Assembly: GCA_017444665.1 (NCBI GenBank)
Contig: JAFSWC010000066.1
Span: forward strand, 530 to 64,529
Reading direction: 5' to 3'
DNA length: 64,000 nucleotides
Source of the DNA: Oscillospiraceae bacterium
Lineage (GTDB): Bacteria; Bacillota; Clostridia; Oscillospirales; Oscillospiraceae
In this document: positions 34,587 to 43,229 of the stretch, piece by piece
Layout of the letters: each line of letters opens with the position of its first letter
How positions within the stretch are numbered: position 1 is the stretch's first letter
Made by a program: the position numbers and the translations under genes
The notes under the pieces: generated by a model
What the model saw: only the letters and a program-made list of their open reading frames with translations
The model's database searches: none
What the model was told of the DNA's origin: nothing

Positions 34587-37220
34587 TCAGACTTTTCCGG
34601 ACACGAACCGCTCCACCGCGGCAAGCGCCTCGTCCAATTTTCCAAGATCGCTGCCGCCGCCCATGGCGGAATCGGGCTTGCCGCCGCCTCGGCCGGAGAT
34701 GATCGGAGCGATCGTCTTAATGATATCGCCCGCGCGGACGCCCTTGGCAACGGCGTCTTTTCCGCACACGCACTGCAGCGTGATCTTCTCTCCGCTGACA
34801 GACGCGATCAAGGCAACAACGGAAGCGTCTTTGTCGCGCAGCACGTCGCCAAGCTGACGGAGCGCGTTTGCGTCCATATCTTTCTGCTTTGCCGTAACGA
34901 TATGAAGACCGCCGATTTCCTTTGCGCCGGAAAGCATGCTCTCCGCGCCGCCTGCAGACTCTTTGGCTTTGAACTGCTCGATCGTACGCTTGGCTTCGCG
35001 CAGCTCATCCATTTGCTGACGCGCACGATCCACGATCTGGTCGGGCGTTGTCTTATAGATCGCCGAAAGCTCATTGATTTTTTCGATGTCCCCGTGCAGG
35101 ATGGAAAGCGTTTTCATTCCTGTCACGGCTTCGATCCTGCGCACGCCGGATGCAACAGAGCCCTCGGACAGAATGTGGAAGGCGCCGACCTTTGCCGTAT
35201 TGTCCAGATGCGTTCCGCCGCACAGCTCCTTGCTGTAATCGCCCATGCTGACGACGCGCACGCTGCTGCCGTATTTTTCACCGAAGAGCGCCGTCGCGCC
35301 GTTTTTCTTCGCCTCGTCGACGGACATCTCTTCCGTCGTGATCGGAAGTCCTGCAAGAACCGCCTGGTTGACGGCGTCTTCAACGGCGCGCAGTTCCTCC
35401 GGCGTGATGGCCGCGTAGTGGGTAAAGTCAAAGCGAAGCAGATCCTGATCGACAAGCGAGCCCGCCTGATGCACGTGATCGCCGAGAACCGCTCTCAGCG
35501 CGCTGTGAAGCAGATGCGTGGCGCTGTGTGCGCGGCTGATCGCACCGCGGCGTTTTCCGCAGACAGACGCGGTGACGCTGTCCCCGACTTTAAGCGAGCC
35601 GCTTTCCAGTACGCCGTAATGCATATATTTGCCGCCTTTGTTTTTCTGGACGTCGTTTACCTTAAACCGCCCTTCGCCCTCGATCGTTCCATGGTCGCCC
35701 AGCTGGCCGCCCATTTCGGCATAAAGGCAGGTGCGGTCAAGGACCACGATCGCTTCGCTGCCCTCGCTGATTTCGTCGCAAAGTCCGCCTTCGGAGACGA
35801 TAGCCAGGACCTTTGCCTCGCAGCTTTGGTTTTCATAGCCGACAAAGACCGTATCCGGCACCGATTTGCCGAATTCCACGCCTGCCCAGCCGAGGTCGCC
35901 AAGCGCCTTGCGCGCCTCGCGGGCGCGAACGCGCTGCAGCTGCATCAGGTCCTTGAACTCGTCTGTATTGACGCTCATCCCCTCGTCGGCGCACATCTCG
36001 ATCGTCAGATCGATCGGGAAGCCATAGGTGTCATAAAGCTTGAATGCGTCGGCTCCGGAGAAGGTCGTCTCCCCCTTTGCCTTATGCTCGGCAAGCAGAT
36101 CGGAAAAGATCTTCATGCCGGCGTCAATCGTCTTGTCAAAGCTCTCTTCCTCGGTGCGGATCACCTTTGTGATATAATCCTGCTTCTCGCGAAGCTCGGG
36201 ATACTGGCATTCGTTTTCGTGAATGACCGTGTCGACGATCTTATACAGGAAAGCGTCGTTCACGCCAAGCAGCTTTCCGTGGCGGGCCGCACGGCGCAGC
36301 AGGCGGCGCAGGACATAGCCGCGTCCCTCGTTTGAGGGCAGCACGCCGTCGCCGATCAGGAAGGTGGCCGAACGGATATGGTCGGTGATCACGCGCAGCG
36401 AAACGTCCATCTTTTCGCTTTTACCGTAATACGCACCCGTCAGCTCGCTGACTTTGTTGGTGATGTTCATGACCGTATCGACTTCGAAGAGCGAGTTGAC
36501 GCCCTGGCAGACGACGGCCAAACGCTCAAGGCCCATACCGGTATCGATATTCTTCTGTTTCAGCTCGGTATAGTTATTGTGCCCGTCGTTGTCAAACTGG
36601 GAAAAAACGTTGTTCCAGACCTCCATATAACGGTCACAGTCGCAGCCCACCGTGCACCCGGGCTTTCCGCAGCCGTATTCCTCGCCGCGGTCATAGTAGA
36701 TCTCCGAGCAGGGGCCGCACGGGCCGGAACCATGCTCCCAGAAGTTGTCCTCTTTGCCGAAGCGGAAGATGCGCTCGGCGGGGATACCGATCTCGTCGTG
36801 CCAGATATTCCAGGCCTCGTCGTCGTCCACATATACAGACGGATACAGTCTGTCCGGGTCAAGCCCGACCCACTTCGGAGACGTCAGGAATTCCCAGCTC
36901 CATGCGATGGCTTCGTGCTTGAAATAATCGCCGAAGGAGAAGTTGCCCAGCATTTCAAAGTACGTCCCATGGCGCGCCGTATGACCGACGTTGTCGATAT
37001 CTCCCGTGCGGATGCACTTCTGACAGGTGCAGACACGGCGGCGCGGCGGTTCCTCTTCCCCTTTGAACCAGGGCTTCATCGGCGTCATGCCGGCGTTGAT
37101 CAGCAGAACGGATTTGTCATTCTGCGGAATCAAAGAAAAACTCGGCAGACGGAGATGATCCTTCGTCTCAAAGAAGCTCAAAAACATCTCTCTCAGTTGA
37201 TTCAGTCCGTATTTTTCCAT
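34587..37220 (-). CDS. alaS: alanine--tRNA ligase
   Basis: 877 aa. FFETKDH, the class II core, editing-domain HSATHLLH and the C-terminal DHHA1 GGGKPD. Confidence 0.98.
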   Translation of the reverse strand: MEKYGLNQLREMFLSFFETKDHLRLPSFSLIPQNDKSVLLINAGMTPMKPWFKGEEEPPRRRVCTCQKCIRTGDIDNVGHTARHGTYFEMLGNFSFGDYFKHEAIAWSWEFLTSPKWVGLDPDRLYPSVYVDDDEAWNIWHDEIGIPAERIFRFGKEDNFWEHGSGPCGPCSEIYYDRGEEYGCGKPGCTVGCDCDRYMEVWNNVFSQFDNDGHNNYTELKQKNIDTGMGLERLAVVCQGVNSLFEVDTVMNITNKVSELTGAYYGKSEKMDVSLRVITDHIRSATFLIGDGVLPSNEGRGYVLRRLLRRAARHGKLLGVNDAFLYKIVDTVIHENECQYPELREKQDYITKVIRTEEESFDKTIDAGMKIFSDLLAEHKAKGETTFSGADAFKLYDTYGFPIDLTIEMCADEGMSVNTDEFKDLMQLQRVRAREARKALGDLGWAGVEFGKSVPDTVFVGYENQSCEAKVLAIVSEGGLCDEISEGSEAIVVLDRTCLYAEMGGQLGDHGTIEGEGRFKVNDVQKNKGGKYMHYGVLESGSLKVGDSVTASVCGKRRGAISRAHSATHLLHSALRAVLGDHVHQAGSLVDQDLLRFDFTHYAAITPEELRAVEDAVNQAVLAGLPITTEEMSVDEAKKNGATALFGEKYGSSVRVVSMGDYSKELCGGTHLDNTAKVGAFHILSEGSVASGVRRIEAVTGMKTLSILHGDIEKINELSAIYKTTPDQIVDRARQQMDELREAKRTIEQFKAKESAGGAESMLSGAKEIGGLHIVTAKQKDMDANALRQLGDVLRDKDASVVALIASVSGEKITLQCVCGKDAVAKGVRAGDIIKTIAPIISGRGGGKPDSAMGGGSDLGKLDEALAAVERFVSGKV

Positions 37221-37240
37221 AATGTCCTCCTGATGTGTGG

Positions 37241-37468
37241 CAGAAAAAAGATACCTCCGCCCCTGTTGCAGGGGCGAAGGTCAATTCGCTGTACCACCCT
37301 GATTTGCCGCAATGCGGCCTCATCGGCGCCCATAACGCAGGCTAAGCGGCTTTGTTTTCCAAAGCTGGCTCGGAAGTGGCTGCCGAAGACATGCGCAGGA
37401 TCTTTCACCAAAGCGATCCCTCTCTGTGGCGTATTGTCAGACGGCTCGTTTCGTCATCGCCGTTTTTC
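37241..37468 (-). promoter_or_regulatory. T-box riboswitch leader (alaS)
   Basis: The minus strand shows the Stem I motifs AGAGAG and GGTGAAAG, and the T-box sequence AATCAGGGTGGTACAGCG. The terminator CCTTCGCCCCTG CAA CAGGGGCGGAGG plus TTTTTT lies just before the alaS SD. The candidate specifier is GCC followed by A (37380-37378). Confidence 0.88.
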
Positions 37469-37474
37469 GTAATG

Positions 37475-37502
37475 ATTCTATCACAAAGTGCTCGTTTGTC
37501 AA
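37475..37502 (-). promoter_or_regulatory. promoter of the alaS T-box leader
   Basis: TTGACA (37502-37497), which contains the TGA stop of the upstream U32 gene, then a 16-nt spacer and TAGAAT (37480-37475). Confidence 0.55.
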
Positions 37503-38716
37503 GAAAAAAGCTCTTCCTTTGCCTTACGAACGATCGCAAATCGCTCAGCCCTGCACGGCAGGCGCATCCTGACTGTCATCATCGGATGGCGGGCGTCCTC
37601 GACGGGTTCTCCGTCGCTGTCAAAAAGATCCCCGGCAGCAAAGGAAACCGGACGCGCGTCCCGGCATAAAAGCTCAAGGCTGTCTCCCGGCGCAAATTTG
37701 TTTCGCTGCGTCACGACAGCGTTTCCAAGCTCATCGCACTCTTCCACGATCGCCGCTACGTCATAAGTCGAGGTGTAGTTCGTATGTTCATAGCTCTGTC
37801 CGGGCATGCCGAAATAAAAACCGGTCGAATAGGGCCGATGCCGGATTTTCCTTGTCTCCTCGATCCAGACCGGATCAAGCGTTTCCCCGCGCAGCGCCGC
37901 GTCGATCGCGTGCCGGTAGGCGTTTGTGGCCACCGCGGTGTAGTAAGCCGACTTCATTCTTCCCTCGATCTTCATGCTGGAAATGCCGGCGTCGATCAGT
38001 TCGGGAAGGTGCTCGATCATGCACATGTCACGGGAGTTGAGGATAAAGGTTCCTCCGTCCTCGGTGATCTCAAAGTATTCCCCAGGCCGCGTCTCCTCGA
38101 CCAGATGATATTTCCACCGGCAGGGCTGCGCGCACTGGCCGCGGTTTGCGTCTCTTCCGGTCATATAATTGGAAAGCAGGCATCTGCCGGAAAAGGAAAC
38201 ACACATGGCGCCGTGTACGAACGCCTCGATTTTCAGATCCTTCGGGGTTTCGGCACGTATTTTCCGTATGTCTTCTATCGGCGTTTCCCGCGCCAACACG
38301 ACCGTGTCGGCGCCGAGATCATACAGGACGTTTGCCGTTTCGCTGTTGATAACGCCAAGCTGTGTGCTGACGTGCAATCCAAGCTTCGGCGCATATCGTC
38401 CGGCCAGGCGCATCACGCCGAGATCCGCTATGATCAGTGCGTCCACGCCGATCTCCTGCAGGAAGGAAAGATAATCCGGAAGCCGTTTGAGTTCCTCTTC
38501 CCGCGGCAGCGTATTGCATGTCACGTACAGCTTTGCATCCGCGGCATGGGTCTCTTCAACAGCCAGACGCAGCGTTTCGTCATCAAAGCTGACGGCGGTG
38601 GAGCGCATGCCGAATTCCCGTCCGGCAAGATAAACCGCGTCAGCGCCATAGTGAAGCGCCATTCTCAGTCTTTCCATGTCGCCCGCAGGCGACAGCAGCT
38701 CAACCTTCTCCGCCAT
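37499..38716 (-). CDS. peptidase U32 family protein (TrhP/RlhA-like)
   Basis: Start set at ATG 38716 (MAEKVELLSPAG). U32 signature: EAFVHGAMCVSFSGRCLLSNYMTGRDANRGQCAQPCRW. Confidence 0.9.
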   Translation of the reverse strand: MAEKVELLSPAGDMERLRMALHYGADAVYLAGREFGMRSTAVSFDDETLRLAVEETHAADAKLYVTCNTLPREEELKRLPDYLSFLQEIGVDALIIADLGVMRLAGRYAPKLGLHVSTQLGVINSETANVLYDLGADTVVLARETPIEDIRKIRAETPKDLKIEAFVHGAMCVSFSGRCLLSNYMTGRDANRGQCAQPCRWKYHLVEETRPGEYFEITEDGGTFILNSRDMCMIEHLPELIDAGISSMKIEGRMKSAYYTAVATNAYRHAIDAALRGETLDPVWIEETRKIRHRPYSTGFYFGMPGQSYEHTNYTSTYDVAAIVEECDELGNAVVTQRNKFAPGDSLELLCRDARPVSFAAGDLFDSDGEPVEDARHPMMTVRMRLPCRAERFAIVRKAKEELFS

Positions 38717-40046
38717 AGTCTTGCGTAGCAACAAAGGCGTTGAACTGATCCATCGTCTCGAAGAAACGATGCGTCCCGGTTGCAGTATCAAGCGTGAAGA
38801 AATAATCTCCCGTAACAGCCGGGACCAGCGCAGCGTTGATCGAGCTCATGCCAGGATTGCAGATCGGCGTGGGAGGCAGGCCGGTGTTGATCATCAGGTT
38901 ATAGGGCGATTCTTCCGCAAGCATCTCGGCGGTAGGCGCGCCCTCATGGTCCTGGTGCATATAAAGGATCGAGGATTCAAGGCCAAGCGTCCAGTTGCTT
39001 CTGATACGGTTATAAATGACGGCGGCGATCAGCGGGCGCTCCTCGTCGTTTGCCGCTTCTCGCTCGATCAGCGATGCGATCTCCAAAACCTGGCGAAGCG
39101 TCATGTTTCTGTCGCTGATCTGTTTTTCCATATCCGCGCTCATTTTGCCGTAGAAATTCTGCAGGAATTTGTTGATCGCGCTTGGCGCGCTCATGCTTTT
39201 ATAGAATTCATAGGTGTCGGGGAACAAAAAGCCTTCCAGCCTTTTGGGGTCGCCCGGCTCAAGTCCGTTGAGGAAAGAATAATCAAAGTTTTCATTCGCC
39301 GCAGCTTCCATCAGATCGTCATAGCTGCACACGCCGTTTTCTTCAAGACGATAGAAAATCTGGCTCATGGTAAAGCCCTCGGGGATCGTGACGCTGACAG
39401 TCGCGGCCGCGCCGGAATTCTTGCGCATTTTGCCGATCAGGGCGCGATAGTCGTACGTCGATCTCAGTTCATACTCGCCCGGCTCGATCTTTGTATCCGC
39501 CTTTGAAACTTTGCAGAAAAGCTTGAACAGCCACTTGTACTGGATCAGTCCGGCGGACTTCAGCTCATCGGCTACATAATCGATATCCGCGCTGGAAACG
39601 CGCTTTGTTCCGGTAACAGTCCCATCGTCGTCAACGACTTCTACGGTCTTGGACGTAAAAACGTCCGCCGGCAGCGCGACCTCCGCCGTGAACGGCTCTT
39701 TATTCAGCGCAAGCGCATCGGCCGCCGACATCCATGCGACGCAGGCCAGAATAATGCTGATGCATGCGATAAAGACAAAATACATCACGCCGCCGAGACA
39801 GCCGGAACGGTATTCCCTGCTCCTCCTGACGGGCTGAAAATCGCGTTCGGTCAGTTCTTCTTCGTCGTATTCGCTTCTCTCCGCCTCTTCAGAGCCGTTC
39901 TTCTGTGAACGGATCGCTCCCGTCCCGCCTGTCCGGGAGACGGCGGCATGCAGCGCGCTGTCCTCTATTTTCTTCTGGGATGCGGTTCTTTCCTTCTCCT
40001 CGTGGAGACGAAAGATCTCATTGATTTTATCCATTTCTTCTGCCAT
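38700..40046 (-). CDS. mltG: endolytic murein transglycosylase MltG (YceG family)
   Basis: Start set at ATG 40046 (AGGAGG upstream). Charged N-terminal region, one TM helix, and a YceG domain with LEIASLIEREA. Confidence 0.88.
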   Translation of the reverse strand: MAEEMDKINEIFRLHEEKERTASQKKIEDSALHAAVSRTGGTGAIRSQKNGSEEAERSEYDEEELTERDFQPVRRSREYRSGCLGGVMYFVFIACISIILACVAWMSAADALALNKEPFTAEVALPADVFTSKTVEVVDDDGTVTGTKRVSSADIDYVADELKSAGLIQYKWLFKLFCKVSKADTKIEPGEYELRSTYDYRALIGKMRKNSGAAATVSVTIPEGFTMSQIFYRLEENGVCSYDDLMEAAANENFDYSFLNGLEPGDPKRLEGFLFPDTYEFYKSMSAPSAINKFLQNFYGKMSADMEKQISDRNMTLRQVLEIASLIEREAANDEERPLIAAVIYNRIRSNWTLGLESSILYMHQDHEGAPTAEMLAEESPYNLMINTGLPPTPICNPGMSSINAALVPAVTGDYFFTLDTATGTHRFFETMDQFNAFVATQDYGGEG

Positions 40047-40204
40047 GGTATACCTCCTGATCATGAGGGGCCTTTGTGTCAAGCACCCGCGATCCGACAT
40101 ATGATAGCGCGAGCGGTGGCAATCATCGCTTTGAAGTGTCGGTGTCTGCCGTACAAGGCACGGCACGGGTTGTAAAATCTTCAAGTGCGGAGAAAGGTAC
40201 TATC

Positions 40205-40357
40205 ATGTTCTGCAACGGATGCAACAACAGTTATCTCTGGCTGATCATCATCCTGATCATCCTCTTTGGCTGGAACGGCAACGGCTGCGGCAACAGCTGT
40301 GGTTGCGGCTGCGGTTGCGGCTGCGACAACAACAACGGCTGCGGCTGCGGTTGCTGA
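40205..40357 (+). CDS. 50-aa Cys/Gly-repeat single-TM micro-protein (tiny-TM, YjcZ-like architecture)
   Basis: ATG 40205 is preceded by GGAGAAAGG. Product: MFCNGCNNSYLWLIIILIILFGWNGNGCGNSCGCGCGCGCDNNNGCGCGC. It has its own terminator directly downstream. The ORF track shows it only as the tail of a 93-aa ORF. Confidence 0.6.
   Translation: MFCNGCNNSYLWLIIILIILFGWNGNGCGNSCGCGCGCGCDNNNGCGCGC
40277..40354 (+). repeat. imperfect tandem GGCTGCGG(C/T)TGC coding repeats
   Basis: Read directly from the sequence: ggcaacggctgcggcaacagctgtggttgcggctgcggttgcggctgcgac...ggctgcggctgcggttgc. These encode the (Cys-Gly)n tail. Confidence 0.85.
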
Positions 40358-40365
40358 TCGGCCGG

Positions 40366-40398
40366 GGGTCTCCTTTGCGGAGACCCTTTTTATTTTTT
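40366..40398 (+). terminator. terminator of the micro-protein gene
   Basis: GGGTCTCC TTTGC GGAGACCC followed by TTTTTATTTTTT. It overlaps the 3' end of the convergent tmk. Confidence 0.75.
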
Positions 40399-41064
40399 CA
40401 GTTCGGAAAGAATCAACTGATAGATTTCCTCGTTTTTTTCATCGATATCCCGTTCGACGCCGTTTTTTAAATACGGCACTCTGTGCCAGCCGTAAAACGC
40501 CGCCGCCTTGTCCGCGGTGTTCAGGCAGCGCTTTAAGTAAGCGATATCCTTTTCATGTATGTCGGCCGTGGTTCTGGTCTTCTGCTGTCTGCGGCGCATA
40601 CGTGCAAGCGACAGCTCTATATCCACATCAAGATAAATCACAAGGTCCGGCTTCGGCAATCCCATCTTGGTGTACTCCAGATCTGACAGCCAGGCGAAGA
40701 AATCGTTCAATTCACCTTCCGGCAGCTTGCTTCCCTGATGGACGGCATTGGACGTCGTATAGCGATCAGAGAGAATAAACGATCCGTTCAGGTATTTTTT
40801 CTCCCAGTCCTGCTTATAAGAGGCAAATCGATCGACCGCATAAAAGGTAGACGCGGTATAGGCGTTCACGTCGCTCGGATGCTCTCCGAACTCGCCGGAG
40901 AGATACATCCGGATCAGAACGCTGCTCTCTTTGTCGTAACGGGGAAAGACGATGTGATCATAGGAAATGCCGTCTCTCTGCAGTTTTTCGCATATCCTCC
41001 GGTATTGCGCGGATTTTCCGCTGCCGTCGATCCCTTCCAGTACAATCAGCTTGCCCTTGTTCAT
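40390..41064 (-). CDS. tmk: thymidylate (dTMP) kinase-like nucleotide kinase
   Basis: 224 aa with P-loop LIVLEGIDGSGKS and the DRY motif (LSDRYTTSN). Confidence 0.8.
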   Translation of the reverse strand: MNKGKLIVLEGIDGSGKSAQYRRICEKLQRDGISYDHIVFPRYDKESSVLIRMYLSGEFGEHPSDVNAYTASTFYAVDRFASYKQDWEKKYLNGSFILSDRYTTSNAVHQGSKLPEGELNDFFAWLSDLEYTKMGLPKPDLVIYLDVDIELSLARMRRRQQKTRTTADIHEKDIAYLKRCLNTADKAAAFYGWHRVPYLKNGVERDIDEKNEEIYQLILSELKK

Positions 41065-41070
41065 TTCTCT

Positions 41071-41802
41071 TTATCTTCCTCCGATCCTGTACCAAAGCGA
41101 TACAAGAATAACAAGCGGGATCCGAATGACCCGCAGGATCCGTCCGGGTTCCCTGATAAGGCGATACAACCATTCAAGCCCTGCCCGTCGCCATTTTTCG
41201 GGCGCGCGGCTGACTGCGCCAGCAAAGACGTCCAGTGTGCCGCCAAGACCGGCCATCAGCCCAACGTTCAGACGCCCGGCGTTTTTGTGCATCCACAATT
41301 CCTGTCTGGGCGAACCGAGGCATACGATCAAAAGATCCGGTGAAGCCGCGTTGATCCTATCGCAGATCATGTCCTCTTCGCCCGAAGTAAAGTATCCGTC
41401 GTTCGTCCCGGCTATCACAAGTCCGGGATACTCCTCGCAAAGCCGGTCGGCCGCCTTTTCGGCAACGCCTTGTTTTGCTCCGAGAAGAAAAACGCTTTTT
41501 CCCGTTTCGCCCATTTTTTCAAGAAGCCGCTCCGCAAAATCGATGCCGGGAATGCGCTCGACGAGCGGAATGCCCAGAATCATTGCGGCAACAAACACGC
41601 CGATGCTGTCCGGCAGGGAGAGATAGGCGCGACTGACGGCAGCGCGCAGCTCGCGCCGCGTTCTGGCTTCAAGGAGAAATTCGGAATTGGGCGTCACGAC
41701 ATATCGGCCGTTTCGGCCGTTCATTGCCTCCAAAGCAAGATCAACAGCAGCATCAAGCCCGATCAGATCGATCTCTGTTCCCAGGATGCCGGCTCGCTTC
41801 AT
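41071..41802 (-). CDS. WecB/TagA/CpsF family (GT26) glycosyltransferase
   Basis: 243 aa. VTPNSEFL, LLGAKQGVAEKAA and LLIVCLGSPRQELWM are GT26 motifs. Confidence 0.85.
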   Translation of the reverse strand: MKRAGILGTEIDLIGLDAAVDLALEAMNGRNGRYVVTPNSEFLLEARTRRELRAAVSRAYLSLPDSIGVFVAAMILGIPLVERIPGIDFAERLLEKMGETGKSVFLLGAKQGVAEKAADRLCEEYPGLVIAGTNDGYFTSGEEDMICDRINAASPDLLIVCLGSPRQELWMHKNAGRLNVGLMAGLGGTLDVFAGAVSRAPEKWRRAGLEWLYRLIREPGRILRVIRIPLVILVSLWYRIGGR

Positions 41803-42515
41803 ATTTGGTCAAAAACCTCCCCGATCTTTTCGTGGATCACGAGATCGGCATAGCTGTCATAGGGCGTTTCGCTCAGATTAACGAGGACGAGCTTATTTCC
41901 CCGGTAATAATTGATCAGTCCGGCCGCCGGATACACGTTCAAGGACGTCCCTCCGACGATCAGCACGTCCGCATGCCGAATGTACGAGATCGCCTGGGAA
42001 AGTATATCCTGATCAAGCCCTTCTTCATACAGCACGATGTCCGGCCGGATAACGCCGCCGCAGTCGCAGCGCGGCACGCCGGTGCCGTAATTGATAACAT
42101 CGGCCGGATACGGCTTGCGGCATTTAGAGCAATAGGCGCGCAAAATGCTTCCGTGAAGTTCAAGGACCTTTTTGCTGCCTGCGGCCTGATGCAGGCCGTC
42201 AATGTTCTGCGTAATCACGGCGCGCAACTTTCCTTCGCGTTCGAGCGAAGCCAGACGCAAATGCGCGCGGTTCGGCTTGACGCCCTCCACGACCAGCTTG
42301 GCACGGTGAAAACGATAGTACTCCTCGGGATCTCTGATAAAAAAGCTGTGGCTCAGGATCGTCTCGGGCGGATAGTTCCACTGCTGATTATACAGGCCGT
42401 CGACGCTGCGAAAGTCCGGGATCCCGCTTTCCGTGCTGACGCCGGCGCCGCCGAAAAAGACAATGTTGTCGCTCTCTCTGACAATTTCCTTCAGCTTTTC
42501 GATTTTTTCATTCAT
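41799..42515 (-). CDS. cobB: NAD-dependent protein deacylase (Sir2 family)
   Basis: 238 aa. GAGVSTESGIPDFRS, QNIDGLH, and the zinc site CSKC...CDCGG. Confidence 0.92.
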   Translation of the reverse strand: MNEKIEKLKEIVRESDNIVFFGGAGVSTESGIPDFRSVDGLYNQQWNYPPETILSHSFFIRDPEEYYRFHRAKLVVEGVKPNRAHLRLASLEREGKLRAVITQNIDGLHQAAGSKKVLELHGSILRAYCSKCRKPYPADVINYGTGVPRCDCGGVIRPDIVLYEEGLDQDILSQAISYIRHADVLIVGGTSLNVYPAAGLINYYRGNKLVLVNLSETPYDSYADLVIHEKIGEVFDQI

Positions 42516-42611
42516 CCTGTACGCCTCCGTTAGACAGGTAAAGTATACACACCGCTGCCTCTGCTTACAAGTTCCCTCGTCCCTGTGCGGGGCAGGTTTA
42601 AGAATTCTTAT

Positions 42612-43214
42612 TTACTTCAGTTTCGACGCGATCCCGGCCAAAAGCGCCTCGCGCTCGGCCAGAAAGATTTCATTTTCGCGCTTTGTGACATAGCGATACG
42701 TATCGTCAGAGCTCAGCGCGGCATAGGAGAAGATCACACTTTGCGCCGCGCGGCAGGAGGCCATGATAAACTCGGCGGCTTCCGTGAGAAAATGCTTGTC
42801 CTCCTCCGGACAGAGATCGCAAAGCTCATTGATAAACTCCAGTGAAGGCTTTGCCATGTTGACGATCTCCGCTTCAATGCAGGTCGCCGTCTGGATCGAG
42901 GCCTCGATCTCCCGTGCGCCGCCCTCTTTTCTGGCGCGGTTGATCGGTCCCTTCGCCTTGATATCCTCGTCGATCAGATGGACCATATAACTGCGAAGGA
43001 TCTCGGCGTTGCGGACGATATAGTCCAGTCTCTCATTTCCTTCATCCTTCGCAAGGCAGGATTTCGCCACGCGCTCGATCAGCGCGTTTCCCATCGCGGC
43101 CATATAGGCAGCGGCGCTGCCGGAGCCGGCCTTGCTTTTCGGCGAGGCGAGCGCGGCGGTAAAGTCCTCGGCCTTCTTTTCCTTGAAAATGTCAATGATG
43201 ATTTTGTTCGCCAT
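42612..43214 (-). CDS. cyclodeaminase/cyclohydrolase family protein (FtcD C-terminal domain-like)
   Basis: 200 aa, all-helical. LASPKSKAGSGSAAAYMAAMGNAL resembles the formiminotetrahydrofolate cyclodeaminase N-terminus. Confidence 0.65.
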   Translation of the reverse strand: MANKIIIDIFKEKKAEDFTAALASPKSKAGSGSAAAYMAAMGNALIERVAKSCLAKDEGNERLDYIVRNAEILRSYMVHLIDEDIKAKGPINRARKEGGAREIEASIQTATCIEAEIVNMAKPSLEFINELCDLCPEEDKHFLTEAAEFIMASCRAAQSVIFSYAALSSDDTYRYVTKRENEIFLAEREALLAGIASKLK

Positions 43215-43229
43215 TTGGCCACCCTCCCG

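Noticed and set aside
40277-40354. Short tandem GC-rich repeats, considered as a CRISPR array or non-coding VNTR
   Set aside because: The units are 6-12 nt with no spacers, and they lie entirely inside an ORF that has an SD and a terminator. They encode the (Cys-Gly)n tail. No cas genes are present.
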